A stretch of 64,000 nucleotides of DNA. Source: Thermoplasmatota archaeon. GTDB taxonomy: Archaea > Thermoplasmatota > E2 > DHVEG-1 > B18-G2. Positions 1-9,997 of this stretch are shown in pieces. The DNA is taken from the NCBI GenBank assembly GCA_029259115.1, contig JAPDJO010000018.1, forward strand, positions 17,937 through 81,936. Direction: 5' to 3'. Position numbers and translations under genes: made by a program. Every line of letters starts with the position of its first letter. Position 1 is the stretch's first letter. The notes under the pieces are model-generated. The model did no database searches. It was not told the origin of the DNA and saw only the letters and a program-made list of their open reading frames with translations.

Positions 1-534
1 CATATTAGATTTCCACAAAGTAGGCAGAGCTTTTTCCATGACTCTTCCCATCGTTTTGGTTTTTATAACAGTCTGTCTTCCTACACCTGGAAATGACGGA
101 ATGATTGGACCGGATACTATCTCTATATAAAACTCCACATTCTCTAGCGATTTTTGGCTTTTCAACATATCGATGCACTCTTTAACTGCTTTTTGAGGAT
201 TTCTTTTGGTGTTACGACCTATGCCAGTTGATACCACCATGTCTGGATAGTGTATAGCTAATCCAGTAACACCTCTCGTAAAGCATCCATAATTATTCAT
301 AAATCCAGCCACAGTTCCTCCAATCAGAGGTGTTCCATCTGGTAAAACTTCCCAGACTCCGTTGAGGAGTTCTTGAAAACCTCCATAATTTTCGTAATGG
401 ATTGTTGAAAATAACAAGAAGAATTTTGGCTTCTCGCCATCGAGTTTTTCTAAAGCAGTCTCAGCCACCTCTCTACCAGCCTCTCTCGCATCCCATTTTC
501 TTGATAGTCCAACTCCAGCTTTTAATTCGCTCAT
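1..534 (-). CDS. FIST N-terminal domain signal transduction protein (partial, runs off the left window edge)
   Basis: Not in ORF track. Hand translation from ATG at 534 (ATGA overlap with upstream stop): MSELKAGVGLSRKWDAREAGREVAETALEKL...PKFFLLFSTIHY...TPLIGGTVAG. The G-x-S...A..AG and PLIG-G-T-AG motifs are typical of FIST_N. Open to position 1. Confidence 0.75.
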   Translation of the reverse strand, partial: MSELKAGVGLSRKWDAREAGREVAETALEKLDGEKPKFFLLFSTIHYENYGGFQELLNGVWEVLPDGTPLIGGTVAGFMNNYGCFTRGVTGLAIHYPDMVVSTGIGRNTKRNPQKAVKECIDMLKSQKSLENVEFYIEIVSGPIIPSFPGVGRQTVIKTKTMGRVMEKALPTLWKSNM

Positions 535-908
535 TTCTTACCTTCTAAGATCTCAACTATTCTTCTCCTCGCATTTTCCATCTCTACCTCAATCAATCCC
601 TTGTTTGCCAAGGATGGGATGATTGCTACGAGAGCATTGTCTGTATTTGGAATAACAAAGAAAAGAACAGAGTGATTCTTCAACCTGAATTCCATAACAT
701 CCAGACCAACACTTGCATACTCCTCTATAACTGCGAAGACATTTTTCATAGCAACAGATACTATATCCCAAACATCCATAATTTTGGGGTTGAATTTGGA
801 AGTATCCGGCATTACACTAACCATATTTTTCCTTGCAACCATACAAGCGTAGATATCATCTAATTTAAGCAAATCCTCCAGTACCTCAAGTATAGGATCA
901 TCGTTCAC
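531..908 (-). CDS. roadblock/LC7-like small protein
   Basis: 125 aa with helix-beta-beta-helix-beta-beta-beta-helix pattern and C-terminal ANKGLIEVEM helix as in roadblock domains; translationally coupled to both neighbours. Confidence 0.6.
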   Translation of the reverse strand: MNDDPILEVLEDLLKLDDIYACMVARKNMVSVMPDTSKFNPKIMDVWDIVSVAMKNVFAVIEEYASVGLDVMEFRLKNHSVLFFVIPNTDNALVAIIPSLANKGLIEVEMENARRRIVEILEGKK

Positions 909-1690
909 TTGATCTCAATCCCCCTCTCGGTTATTGTTATATCAACAGGTCTAAGAGAATGTTTTGTTCCCCTCATCTTCCAGATTGTGAGCTTTCTTCT
1001 ATCCATCATCGGATCGATGGCTAAGAGTATGACTCCATCCGCAAGAAATTCGGATATGGTATCTCTGGATAATCCAGATCCACCTTCTGTAAGTTCAGAT
1101 GTGACCATAGACGTAGCATTCACGCTGTGCAGAAAGTCAAATATCTTTCTGATATGGTATCTTATAACTGGTCTGGAATCTGATGGATAAGAACTTAGTT
1201 TCTCTATAACTGGAACCTTTTCAAATTCCACGGATCTACCGAGTACTAGTGGGGTATCTGCGAATGGAGATAGGGAGTCAAGAACTATCCTGTCAAAATC
1301 TCCAGTTAAGACTAGATCACCCATCTCGTGGTATGCCCCAGATCTTTCAAGGTCTATGTGAGACAATTTGAGTAGACCTTTTTCTATGGCTGGCAAGAAG
1401 TTAAATCCAGCAGCATTTGCATGTATTAGTAAACTCTCTATCTTTTGGTCAACAGATATATACAAGCATCTTTCACCATTTTTTATACCAGCATTTATGA
1501 AATGAAAACAGAGTATACTTTTTCCAGATCCCGGAGGACCGGATACAAGGGTTACACTATTCTTGGGCAAGCCACCTTGAAGGAGCTCGTCCAATTTTGG
1601 TATGCCAGTGGATACTCTCTCTATAGTCAGATCTTTTTTCTCTACAGCTCTCTCTATATAGTAAAATGATCTGTCATTCATCATGTGCAT
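905..1690 (-). CDS. KaiC-like RecA-superfamily ATPase (single domain)
   Basis: STGIPKLDELLQGG, Walker A GPPGSGKS, Walker B RIVLDS, EFLADGV and KMRGTKH. Confidence 0.9.
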   Translation of the reverse strand: MHMMNDRSFYYIERAVEKKDLTIERVSTGIPKLDELLQGGLPKNSVTLVSGPPGSGKSILCFHFINAGIKNGERCLYISVDQKIESLLIHANAAGFNFLPAIEKGLLKLSHIDLERSGAYHEMGDLVLTGDFDRIVLDSLSPFADTPLVLGRSVEFEKVPVIEKLSSYPSDSRPVIRYHIRKIFDFLHSVNATSMVTSELTEGGSGLSRDTISEFLADGVILLAIDPMMDRRKLTIWKMRGTKHSLRPVDITITERGIEIK

Positions 1691-1739
1691 CCCATCCTCG
1701 GCAAATTATAAAACGTGAAGCAATTATAAAAGTTTATCG

Positions 1740-2873
1740 CTATACACCTATAGCAACTCTCAACAAATCCCTTAAACCTGGAGAGAATCCCAGTATAAAG
1801 ATCGCTATCTTGAGGAGATTTAGCAAGCTGGAATAACTTTTCTCTTTTTTTGAAACATCTTCGAATATCAGAATTATGAGAACTATCAATATCACTTTAA
1901 CAATTGGAAAAAGAACTCCAGACGATATATCCATAAAGAGGAAAGAAACGGGGTGCTTTTCTCCATACGAAGGGATCCCCATATTGAACGGATCATATAT
2001 AGATATGTAGCTGGTAAATCCATCCAAAGAATGACCAAACAGCATAGCTAGATTCAAAGGTTTTGAAAAGAATTCCAGTTTCTTGATGTATTTACTGAGC
2101 AGATAAGCTATTGCGGTGATTGTTATTGGAAAAGATATGCAAACTAGAAGTACATCTATTCTGAAGATTTTATCATATGAAGCATAGCCAAATGAAATCA
2201 GACCTGATGCACATAGTGTCAAACCTATAGAGAATGTTATAGTTAGAATGGATAGATCTTTCTTGAAATAGAGAGAAGTAAAAACTATTGCAACTAGAGT
2301 TGCGAAGATTATGGGGTTTACAGGATTAACAATTAGATTTCTAAATGCAAACCAGAAAAGCGTGTAAAGTAAAATTAAGATAAATGCGTAAATAATTAGG
2401 AGGGATTTCTTCTTCCTATTTTCGAAAATCCAGCCAAGAATTATGGATACCAGAGCATAAGCAGCTACCTGAACATATATCAAAGGAGATATAAACCAGA
2501 AAGATAGAGGTATCTTAAAATATCCAGCATCTTCGAGTACTCTAGATACAGACCCAAATATGATGAATGGAAAAAGGGATTTGCATAGATTCCAGTTAAT
2601 ATCTATGTTCAATTTCTTAAGGAGTCTATAGATGTAATAGAGGGAGAGCAGAGCTATGATACCATATGTTATCTCAGATACTATGGTATAGCCTTCATGA
2701 GCGACTACACCATGATACTCAACCTCTCTACCCAAAGCATCCGCAACAACTGGACCCCAGTAATATTTCCATATCCATCTATCATAAACTATTGATGGAA
2801 AGAAGATGTATCCTACCATTACAGAGAAAAAGAAAATTACCAAGGCTAAGAGAATTAAATGATCTCTCCTCAT
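1740..2873 (-). CDS. DUF63 family multi-pass membrane protein
   Basis: Many TM segments; GYT..SE.TY, R.LED, GH.LDG..S, EKHP and LG..PGLRD motifs. Confidence 0.75.
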   Translation of the reverse strand: MRRDHLILLALVIFFFSVMVGYIFFPSIVYDRWIWKYYWGPVVADALGREVEYHGVVAHEGYTIVSEITYGIIALLSLYYIYRLLKKLNIDINWNLCKSLFPFIIFGSVSRVLEDAGYFKIPLSFWFISPLIYVQVAAYALVSIILGWIFENRKKKSLLIIYAFILILLYTLFWFAFRNLIVNPVNPIIFATLVAIVFTSLYFKKDLSILTITFSIGLTLCASGLISFGYASYDKIFRIDVLLVCISFPITITAIAYLLSKYIKKLEFFSKPLNLAMLFGHSLDGFTSYISIYDPFNMGIPSYGEKHPVSFLFMDISSGVLFPIVKVILIVLIILIFEDVSKKEKSYSSLLNLLKIAIFILGFSPGLRDLLRVAIGV

Positions 2874-2929
2874 TCTTCAACTCGAAGGCAAAAATAATAT
2901 ATTAATCTCTCGTTTACCGCTAGCTGATT

Positions 2930-3988
2930 ATGACGAAGTTTCTAAAGATCAAGGAAATGATCTTCCCTAGAGACATAATAGTTGGGCATGAAGCCCTAGA
3001 AAGATTACCTGATTTGTGTGAAAGATTGTTAGAAGGTAAAGCTTTGATTGTTGAAGGAAAAAAGACAAAAAAGATAGCGGGAGATAGAGTAAAAAAACTC
3101 TTGCAAAAGTCCAAGTTTGAAACGTTCGAGATCGTCGTAACATCATCAACGATGAGAGAGGTTAAGAAGGTTCAGAGAGTTATAGAAAAGGAAAAGATAA
3201 ACTTTGTCGTCGGCGTCGGCGGAGGCAAAGTGATTGATGTCTCGAAGCTTTCATCATATCGAAGCAACATACCCTTTATCAGTGTACCAACTGCTGCGTC
3301 TCACGATGGGATAGCATCTCCAATGGCTTCTATAAAGGATAAGGATTCTCAGGCATCAAAGAAGGCTGTATCCCCTTTAGCTATAGTAGCAGATACATCT
3401 ATAATAAAAAAAGCTCCTTATAGGATGCTATCCTCTGGATGCGCAGATGTCATATCCAATCTCTCTGCAATAAAGGATTGGGAACTGGCTCATCGACTTA
3501 GGAATGAGGAATTCAGCACCTATGCCTACTCTCTATCAAAAACATCGGCTGAGCTCATCATGGAGAATTCTGATCTGATTAAAACGTATACGGAAGAAGG
3601 GGTATGGATAGCTGTTAAAGGGATGATAGTTTCTGGAGTAGCCATGAGTGTGGCAGGAAATTCCAGACCCGCATCTGGAGCTGAGCACATGTTTTCTCAT
3701 GCCCTCGATGCAATAGCACCTGGCAAAGCTTTACACGGAGAACAATGTGGGGTTGGAGCAATAATGATGTTATATTTGCATGGTGAAGATTGGAAGAGTG
3801 TAAGAGATGTGCTTAAAGAGATTGGAGCTCCCACAAATGCAAAAGAGCTCGGAATACCTAAGAAAAAGATAGTGGAGGCTCTTGTTAGGGCACATTCCAT
3901 AAGACCTGATAGATACACGATTTTGGGTGAAGGCGGTCTCACGAAGGAGGCCGCAAAAAGCATAGCAAAAAAGACTGGGGTGATATAA
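2930..3988 (+). CDS. egsA: glycerol-1-phosphate dehydrogenase [NAD(P)+]
   Basis: GVGGGKVIDV, PTAASHDGIAS, SRPASGAEHMFSHALD, LHGEQCG. Confidence 0.95.
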   Translation: MTKFLKIKEMIFPRDIIVGHEALERLPDLCERLLEGKALIVEGKKTKKIAGDRVKKLLQKSKFETFEIVVTSSTMREVKKVQRVIEKEKINFVVGVGGGKVIDVSKLSSYRSNIPFISVPTAASHDGIASPMASIKDKDSQASKKAVSPLAIVADTSIIKKAPYRMLSSGCADVISNLSAIKDWELAHRLRNEEFSTYAYSLSKTSAELIMENSDLIKTYTEEGVWIAVKGMIVSGVAMSVAGNSRPASGAEHMFSHALDAIAPGKALHGEQCGVGAIMMLYLHGEDWKSVRDVLKEIGAPTNAKELGIPKKKIVEALVRAHSIRPDRYTILGEGGLTKEAAKSIAKKTGVI

Positions 3989-4416
3989 TGCCTATAGTAA
4001 CTCTTGTTGGAGAAAGAGTGGCCAAGAAAGGGAATGAGTTTATCTATTTAGGACCAAGTCCCGAATGTAAGAATTGTAAGCTGAAAACGGTCTGTTTCAA
4101 CTTAAAGAGATTCAGAAGATACAGGATAGTTGGAATAAGAAACAAAAGGCATAGCTGTAATCAACATGATGGTGGAGTAAGAGTTGTAGAAGTAGAGGAG
4201 TTGCCAATAGTATCAAGCTTGGAAGGAAAGATAAAAGAGGGAAGCAAAACAAAGGTCAAGATTATAGATTGTAAAAGATTGGACTGCGAAAACTATGATA
4301 TATGCCACAATCCAGCTGTTGAAGAGAATAGAGATTACAAGATATCGAAGATTATTGGTGAGATGAACTGTAAGATTGGAAAAAATCTGATGAAGGTAGA
4401 GTTGTCAGAGATCTAG
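3988..4416 (+). CDS. UPF0179 family protein
   Basis: TLVG..AKKG.EF, CxxCxxxxxC, then second Cys cluster; coupled to egsA. Confidence 0.85.
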   Translation: MPIVTLVGERVAKKGNEFIYLGPSPECKNCKLKTVCFNLKRFRRYRIVGIRNKRHSCNQHDGGVRVVEVEELPIVSSLEGKIKEGSKTKVKIIDCKRLDCENYDICHNPAVEENRDYKISKIIGEMNCKIGKNLMKVELSEI

Positions 4417-5000
4417 TGGCATACAACATTATATATCAGTCCATCATCCCCAACTATACCATCTATGCTTCCTTCTGGATCAGCCACTATTCTATGCCAA
4501 CCTTCTATACCATCTATTTCACTTAAATCGGAATAGCCCATGCATATTACAGAGATTCCTGATTTGCTACAGCTCCATACCTCTCCTATAATTCTATAAT
4601 TATGGGTACCTTTTATTCCATCATAAATGATAAAAAGAGTTTTGTGTCCTTTCAGAATCTCTCTTTCTCCATATGTTTTGTTGCTCTCGATAATCTCTAT
4701 ATCATACTTCTCTGCCTGATTTTTTATGTCTTTCTCAACCATATCCAATAGCTTGTCTTTACTCTGCATTATCAGAAATTTCATAGATGTGACGCTAAGA
4801 TAGGATACATCTCCATTTTTATAAATCTTTGTTGACCATTTACCTATACCGAGAAATCCTGATCCCTTCTCCTCGCTTCCAAAATCTTCATACCATCCAT
4901 TTGTGAGTAGGCTTTGCGGTATATAGGCTTCCTTTAGAGATAGGCATCCAAAATTAAGAAAGATGAGAATAAAAATTGTTATGATTGCTATCTTTTTCAT
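4413..5000 (-). CDS. hypothetical lipoprotein
   Basis: MKK + hydrophobic stretch + lipobox-like FGC; 195 aa; directly downstream of metK. Confidence 0.6.
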   Translation of the reverse strand: MKKIAIITIFILIFLNFGCLSLKEAYIPQSLLTNGWYEDFGSEEKGSGFLGIGKWSTKIYKNGDVSYLSVTSMKFLIMQSKDKLLDMVEKDIKNQAEKYDIEIIESNKTYGEREILKGHKTLFIIYDGIKGTHNYRIIGEVWSCSKSGISVICMGYSDLSEIDGIEGWHRIVADPEGSIDGIVGDDGLIYNVVCH

Positions 5001-5002
5001 TT

Positions 5003-6148
5003 TTATTTAGTGGCTTTTTTCAGGATCTCTACTTTATCTGTTCTCTCCCATGTGAAGTCAGGATCCTCTCTTCCGAAATGCCCATAGGCTGCGGTTTTCT
5101 TATAGATCGGTCTTCTGAGATCTAAAACCTTTATTATCTGTGCAGGCTTCAATGGGAAGTAATGCCAAACAATCTCTTCTATCTTCTCAACAGGAATCTT
5201 ATTTGTTCCGAAGCATTCAATATCTAAAGATATTGGCTCTGGTACACCTATAGCATATGCTAGGCTTATCTCACATTTCTCTGCAAGTCCAGCGGCAACT
5301 ATGTTTTTGGCTATGTATCTGGCTGCATAGGCTCCGCTTCTATCTACTTTGGTTGGATCCTTTCCAGAGAAGGCGCCTCCGCCATGTCTGGCTACCCCTC
5401 CATAGGTATCAACCATTATCTTTCTACCAGTTAAGCCTGCATCAGCGTAAGGTCCACCTCTCACGAAAGAACCGGTTGGATTAACATATATCTTTGTATC
5501 ATCATCCATCCATTCTTTGCATACCGGCTTTATCACTTCTTGAACTATATCTCTCTCAAGTTTTTCCTTTGATATTCCTGGATCATGCTGTGTAGATACA
5601 ACTATCGCATATGCTCTCACAGGCTTACCATCTTCGTATTCTATAGATACCTGTGACTTACCATCTGGCCTTAGATAAGGTACTCTTCCTTCTTTCCTGA
5701 CAGTGGCTAATCTTTTTGTTAATTTATGAGCAAGCATTATTGGTAAAGGCATAAGTTCTTTTGTTTCTTTACATGCATAACCGTACATCATTCCCTGATC
5801 TCCAGCCCCGAGCTCTTCATCATTGAGAATTACGCCTCTCGATATATCTGGACTCTGCTCTGTTATCTGAACCCATACTGAGCAGGTCTCCCATTCTATT
5901 CCATATTCTGCTTTTGTGTAACCTATCTCTTTTATAGTCTGTCTGACCACATGAGGAACATCAACATAACCTTCTGTTGTCATCTCACCAAAAACCAGCA
6001 CTCCTCCATTCTTAGTTGCGGCTTCTATTGCTACTCTAGAAAATTTGTCCTGTCTCAAAGCATCATCGAGAATAGCATCAGATATGAGATCGCACATCTT
6101 GTCTGGATGCCCCTCTGTTACTGATTCAGACGTAACTATCTTTCCCAT
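5003..6148 (-). CDS. metK: S-adenosylmethionine synthetase, bacterial/eukaryotic type
   Basis: [48 protein letters not shown]; start placed at ATG 6148 after GGTGGT. Confidence 0.95.
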   Translation of the reverse strand: MGKIVTSESVTEGHPDKMCDLISDAILDDALRQDKFSRVAIEAATKNGGVLVFGEMTTEGYVDVPHVVRQTIKEIGYTKAEYGIEWETCSVWVQITEQSPDISRGVILNDEELGAGDQGMMYGYACKETKELMPLPIMLAHKLTKRLATVRKEGRVPYLRPDGKSQVSIEYEDGKPVRAYAIVVSTQHDPGISKEKLERDIVQEVIKPVCKEWMDDDTKIYVNPTGSFVRGGPYADAGLTGRKIMVDTYGGVARHGGGAFSGKDPTKVDRSGAYAARYIAKNIVAAGLAEKCEISLAYAIGVPEPISLDIECFGTNKIPVEKIEEIVWHYFPLKPAQIIKVLDLRRPIYKKTAAYGHFGREDPDFTWERTDKVEILKKATK

Positions 6149-6236
6149 CTTTACCACCAGCGATTTAAGTGGAAGGTCTAATTCGCTTATAACCTTTTTC
6201 TCTAAGTTTTTATATGAGATTGATATTCGCTATTTG

Positions 6237-6311
6237 GGGCCCGTAGCTTAGCCTGGTTGGAGCGCCCGGCTGATAACCGGGAGGTCAGGAGTTCAAATCT
6301 CCTCGGGCCCA
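6237..6311 (+). tRNA. tRNA-Ile(GAT)
   Basis: Cloverleaf: acceptor GGGCCCG/CGGGCCC, anticodon arm CCCGG-CTGATAA-CCGGG, T arm AGGAG-TTCAAAT-CTCCT; CCA not encoded. Confidence 0.97.
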
Positions 6312-6361
6312 CTTCTGCAGATAAGTTTTTTATTAGGTTTATCTCTTTTAGCTAGAGAGAC

Positions 6362-6640
6362 ATGAAGAGGAAAATATCAAAGTTTAAACTTTCTCTGCTA
6401 ATAATAGGTCTAGCTCTCGTATTTACAAGTGTTATACTTATGTTCCATGGATATGATATTCTTAAGGAGTCGAAAGCAGGATCGATGGGTAATATGTTCT
6501 CAAAAACTCTCGATTCACTTATGTATCTCTTGGGAGGTAGCCTGCTTTTGGTTTTTGGAATAGCATTTGTCTATTATAGTCAAATGAATGGAATGTTTAT
6601 TTATGAAGAGAAATCCAAGTCTGAGAATGAAGAATTTTAG
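6362..6640 (+). CDS. hypothetical two-TM membrane protein
   Basis: 92 aa, two hydrophobic segments, fills gap between tRNA and hsp20. Confidence 0.55.
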   Translation: MKRKISKFKLSLLIIGLALVFTSVILMFHGYDILKESKAGSMGNMFSKTLDSLMYLLGGSLLLVFGIAFVYYSQMNGMFIYEEKSKSENEEF

Positions 6641-6642
6641 GG

Positions 6643-7200
6643 TTATTCTATGCTGACGTGATAAGCTTCTCCTTCTTTCTTTTTGCTTTTCCTCTTTATA
6701 ACAATATCGAGGATGCCGTTTTTGTATGTAGCTTTTGTTGTCTTTGGCTTTACCTTACACGGTAACTCTATCAACTTGTGATATTTTTTCTTTGGATTGT
6801 TAACCTTTATCTCTACCGTATCCTCGGTTACCTTAAGATCTATGTCTTTCTTTTCAACTCCTGGAATCTCCATGGTTATCGCAACATCCTCGTCACCTTC
6901 TATCACATCTGTTAAGGGTTCTATCTCATCTGATACAATAGCCTCGCCATCTGGAGTCTCTATGGCTTTGTTTCCAAACTCTTCCAGTCTTGGTCTTCCG
7001 TCTGGACCTATGGTGAGTTTGAATCCTCTGACAATAGGTTTACCTGGCTCTGCATTTGTCAGCATCTTGAATAACTCTTCTGCCATCCTCTCTATATCTT
7101 CCAGAAATCTCTCGTCGAAGAACTTATCTAAAATATCATCGTCTATACCTAGGAATCTGAAAGGATTTTTTCTTCTTCTATCTCTTCTGAATGGATCCAT
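6643..7200 (-). CDS. hsp20: archaeal small heat shock protein (Hsp20)
   Basis: GF..TIGPDG.P..EEFGN, EPLTDVIE, EIPGVEK.DI, KATYKNGILDI. Confidence 0.93.
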   Translation of the reverse strand: MDPFRRDRRRKNPFRFLGIDDDILDKFFDERFLEDIERMAEELFKMLTNAEPGKPIVRGFKLTIGPDGRPRLEEFGNKAIETPDGEAIVSDEIEPLTDVIEGDEDVAITMEIPGVEKKDIDLKVTEDTVEIKVNNPKKKYHKLIELPCKVKPKTTKATYKNGILDIVIKRKSKKKEGEAYHVSIE

Positions 7201-7286
7201 GGTATCTGAATATTATAAGCAGGGGTTAGGATTTAAAGTATTCGGTCTTTATGATTGCTGTGAAGTTGTCCGGGATTATAAACTCC

Positions 7287-8228
7287 CTATTTGATTGTTA
7301 TTATGTGACCGTTTAGTATAGATTCTCCGTTGCTTATTATCCGGTCAGAATTGCTATCACTGCTTCTTCTCCTTACTATCTTGACGTAGAGAGGTTCTGA
7401 CCAGTCACTTACTTCATGATAGAATGTGTCTCTAGCCCTTACTTTTATTTCTATTGTTTTACCCACATAGTACCTTGGAAAACTTTCTTTTATAGTTATA
7501 GACTTTCCTGACTCTAACGGTGAGCTCCACTCTGTATTTACGCCATCGATACAAAATTGATATTGTATGTCGTCCCCGTCGGGATCATTGGAGCATGCGG
7601 TAAACTCCCCTTCCTCATATGCTTTGAGTGTATTTGGACCTTTTAGAGTGGGTGTCTCTGGAGCCTCGTTCTCTACTATTATGGTGCGGATCTTTTCACC
7701 CTCTTTCTCCCATTTATCATCAGACCTTTTGTATATTATACTTATCTCAAGAACGATATCGTATGATTTGTGATGTCCAAATATACTAAATGCATCTTTT
7801 CTGGGTGAAAATTTCATAACTAGTTTTCCATGACCTGCATCATCATGCCCAGCTTTGTCGTTTTTTTCGAGGTTTTCGTACGCCAAAGTGACTCCTCCAC
7901 CACGTAGCTCAAAATAGAATCCCCAGAACTCATCGGTCCACAGAGGGCAGTCGTCCTTTATCTCCCAGTTTACAATAAGGGTCATTTTTTCTTCATGTGG
8001 TGCGTACAGTTTTTTTGGTAATTTGCTGTTGAATTTAATCTGAAGTTTGGGACTATAAGTGGGAAAACTTCCTGGATGTATAGCCAGAGTACCTACGTAG
8101 TATGTGTAGTTGCCACAGGTATTTAACGTTGGGTGGTTTATTATTTTGTCACTCTGGGCGGACTGTGGAATTGCTGTCAAACTAGCTAAGAAAAACACGC
8201 CTATTATAATAATCTGCTGCAATTTCAT
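7287..8228 (-). CDS. secreted protein with C-terminal PKD/Ig-like domain
   Basis: Signal peptide; N.AP.TP.L.GP...DPDGDDIQYQF...IKVRARD...SDWSEPL.V. Confidence 0.6.
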   Translation of the reverse strand: MKLQQIIIIGVFFLASLTAIPQSAQSDKIINHPTLNTCGNYTYYVGTLAIHPGSFPTYSPKLQIKFNSKLPKKLYAPHEEKMTLIVNWEIKDDCPLWTDEFWGFYFELRGGGVTLAYENLEKNDKAGHDDAGHGKLVMKFSPRKDAFSIFGHHKSYDIVLEISIIYKRSDDKWEKEGEKIRTIIVENEAPETPTLKGPNTLKAYEEGEFTACSNDPDGDDIQYQFCIDGVNTEWSSPLESGKSITIKESFPRYYVGKTIEIKVRARDTFYHEVSDWSEPLYVKIVRRRSSDSNSDRIISNGESILNGHIITIK

Positions 8229-8305
8229 ATTTTACATAGTATAAATTTTAATTTAAAAATTTTACGCCTCTACTAATTGGAAAATCTAGATTGTTCTCAT
8301 TATGG

Positions 8306-9022
8306 TCACTTCAACAGGATATGTATAATGGTGAATAGGATATCCCCATAAAGATAAGCTGCTATGAATCCTATAAGTAGAGGAATCATAAAGGGTATCT
8401 TTGGAGTAACCCATATCCTTTTAAGGCCTTGTTTTTCTAGCTTTTCTAAATGTTCAGAGGTATCAAAGTCCTCAGGCATTATCACCAATTTTCTTTTTCC
8501 ATCCACTATTTTCTCCAAAGGCCAAACGAATTTTTTCTTTGCCTCTTCTATGTCCATCTTGTAACCGATTAAAGCAAAAGGAAACTCAACCTCTCTTTTT
8601 ATAGCGTTATATATCAGTAGAGATGGAGGAATTAGCAGAAATATAATTACAGAGTTGCAGAAGATGGTCCAAGGGAAAGGCATTACGGATAAATGCTGGG
8701 GGAAGCCGAACAGCGATGGCCAGAATGGACTCAAGATAGCTAATGACATTATCGCTTTAGCATCCGCTCCACCAAAGATTAGACCTATGTAAAAGAACAC
8801 ATACACTATGGCTATAATCAGAGGTATAAAGAGGAGATACAATGGGTTTTGAATGTTGCCAGTCAGGTATTGAATTATTAAGAGGATTGCCCCAACTCCT
8901 CCCATTATTATCCATAGGATGTTTGGTGCCATTCTCGTTTTTAGATCTGTGTAGCTTGCATATCCTAAAATTATCGTACCAACGACCAATCTTATGATAT
9001 CGAGCGTAGTTGGTATATCCAT
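8306..9022 (-). CDS. prepilin/prearchaellin peptidase, A24 family (FlaK/PibD-like)
   Basis: ASYTDLKTR, FGGADAK catalytic Asp motif, C-terminal WVTPKIPFMIP; adjacent to pilins. Confidence 0.92.
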   Translation of the reverse strand: MDIPTTLDIIRLVVGTIILGYASYTDLKTRMAPNILWIIMGGVGAILLIIQYLTGNIQNPLYLLFIPLIIAIVYVFFYIGLIFGGADAKAIMSLAILSPFWPSLFGFPQHLSVMPFPWTIFCNSVIIFLLIPPSLLIYNAIKREVEFPFALIGYKMDIEEAKKKFVWPLEKIVDGKRKLVIMPEDFDTSEHLEKLEKQGLKRIWVTPKIPFMIPLLIGFIAAYLYGDILFTIIHILLK

Positions 9023-9101
9023 GCTTTTCGGTATGAGATTTCTATTTTAGTATTTTTGGTAAACCATCTATCCCTTGTCACATTTATGAAATTTGATTCT
9101 G

Positions 9102-9158
9102 ACTAAAATTGAAACACATTCCAATTTTAGTATGACTTTTATTGAACTTCATTTCAAT
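9102..9158. repeat. two adjacent inverted repeats between pilin 1 and peptidase
   Basis: ACTAAAATTG(9102-9111)-N10-CAATTTTAGT(9122-9131) and ATTGAA(9141-9146)-N6-TTCAAT(9153-9158). Confidence 0.6.
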
Positions 9159-9166
9159 TTTTCTCC

Positions 9167-9529
9167 TTACGTAAAGTCCCAAGTTCCGAGCAAAACATTC
9201 GCAGGTATGTAGGAGATCTTTACTTCTTTCCCGGTGCAGTTGTATATATACTCGCCAGCATCAAGGAAGCCATCGTTATCTTCATCATAGATTTCTACTG
9301 TATCCGGATTTATCAATAAGTCACTCCATTTCACTTCTTGTTGTCCGCCTGTATAGAGAACAAGAAGTTTTCCATCTTCCCTTTGCTGGGAAAAGGTTGG
9401 AAATTTTGGCATAGTCTGCGTTGTTGCGGTCATACTCGTAAGGACAACAAATATGGCTGCAGCAAGTGCTACAACAATAGCAACCATAAGGACAACACCT
9501 ATAATCTCAGATACAGCATAGTCTCTCAT
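9167..9529 (-). CDS. archaeal type IV pilin (pilin 1)
   Basis: Class III signal MRDYA|VSEIIGVVLMVAIVV; start moved to ATG 9529 to avoid overlap with pilin 2. Confidence 0.85.
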   Translation of the reverse strand: MRDYAVSEIIGVVLMVAIVVALAAAIFVVLTSMTATTQTMPKFPTFSQQREDGKLLVLYTGGQQEVKWSDLLINPDTVEIYDEDNDGFLDAGEYIYNCTGKEVKISYIPANVLLGTWDFT

Positions 9530-9555
9530 TAGATTTGAGAAAGTGGTAGGACTAT

Positions 9556-9963
9556 TTAAAACTTGATTGTTCCTAGAACCTGATTTGTGGGTTTCCATAC
9601 CATTGTATAAGTTATTCCTTCGTTGAATCCTGTTATCATGTCTCCTCCAGATATCGTTGTCTGCCTGAGATTAGATGTTCCTGTTCCTATGCTTAGATCA
9701 GCCTGAACATAGTACTCGTTTCCACTTTCATCTTTGAATACAAGATTCGGAGTTGTTCCATCTGCGTATTTGTATGAGCTTGAACCCTTAACTATGATAA
9801 TGGAGTTTGTTACTTTGTCAACATTATAGGAGATATCAACTGTTGCTTTAGAGAACCTTAACATTCCATTAGAATATGCGTAAACACCAACAGCTAGCAT
9901 AATAACTATGGCTACCATAAATACTACTCCTACCACTCCAGACACTGCGTTATCGCTACCCAT
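9556..9963 (-). CDS. archaeal type IV pilin (pilin 2)
   Basis: Class III signal MGSDNA|VSGVVGVVFMVAIV; RBS GGTGAGGAG upstream. Confidence 0.85.
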   Translation of the reverse strand: MGSDNAVSGVVGVVFMVAIVIMLAVGVYAYSNGMLRFSKATVDISYNVDKVTNSIIIVKGSSSYKYADGTTPNLVFKDESGNEYYVQADLSIGTGTSNLRQTTISGGDMITGFNEGITYTMVWKPTNQVLGTIKF

Positions 9964-9997
9964 CTCTCCTCACCATATTAATCTCTGTAACTCATAC

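Noticed and set aside
6797-7294. 165-aa plus-strand ORF
   Set aside because: Antisense shadow of hsp20 with Ser-rich, non-protein-like composition
9530-9598. N-terminal extension of pilin 1 in the ORF track
   Set aside because: Overlaps pilin 2; class III signal fits a start at 9529
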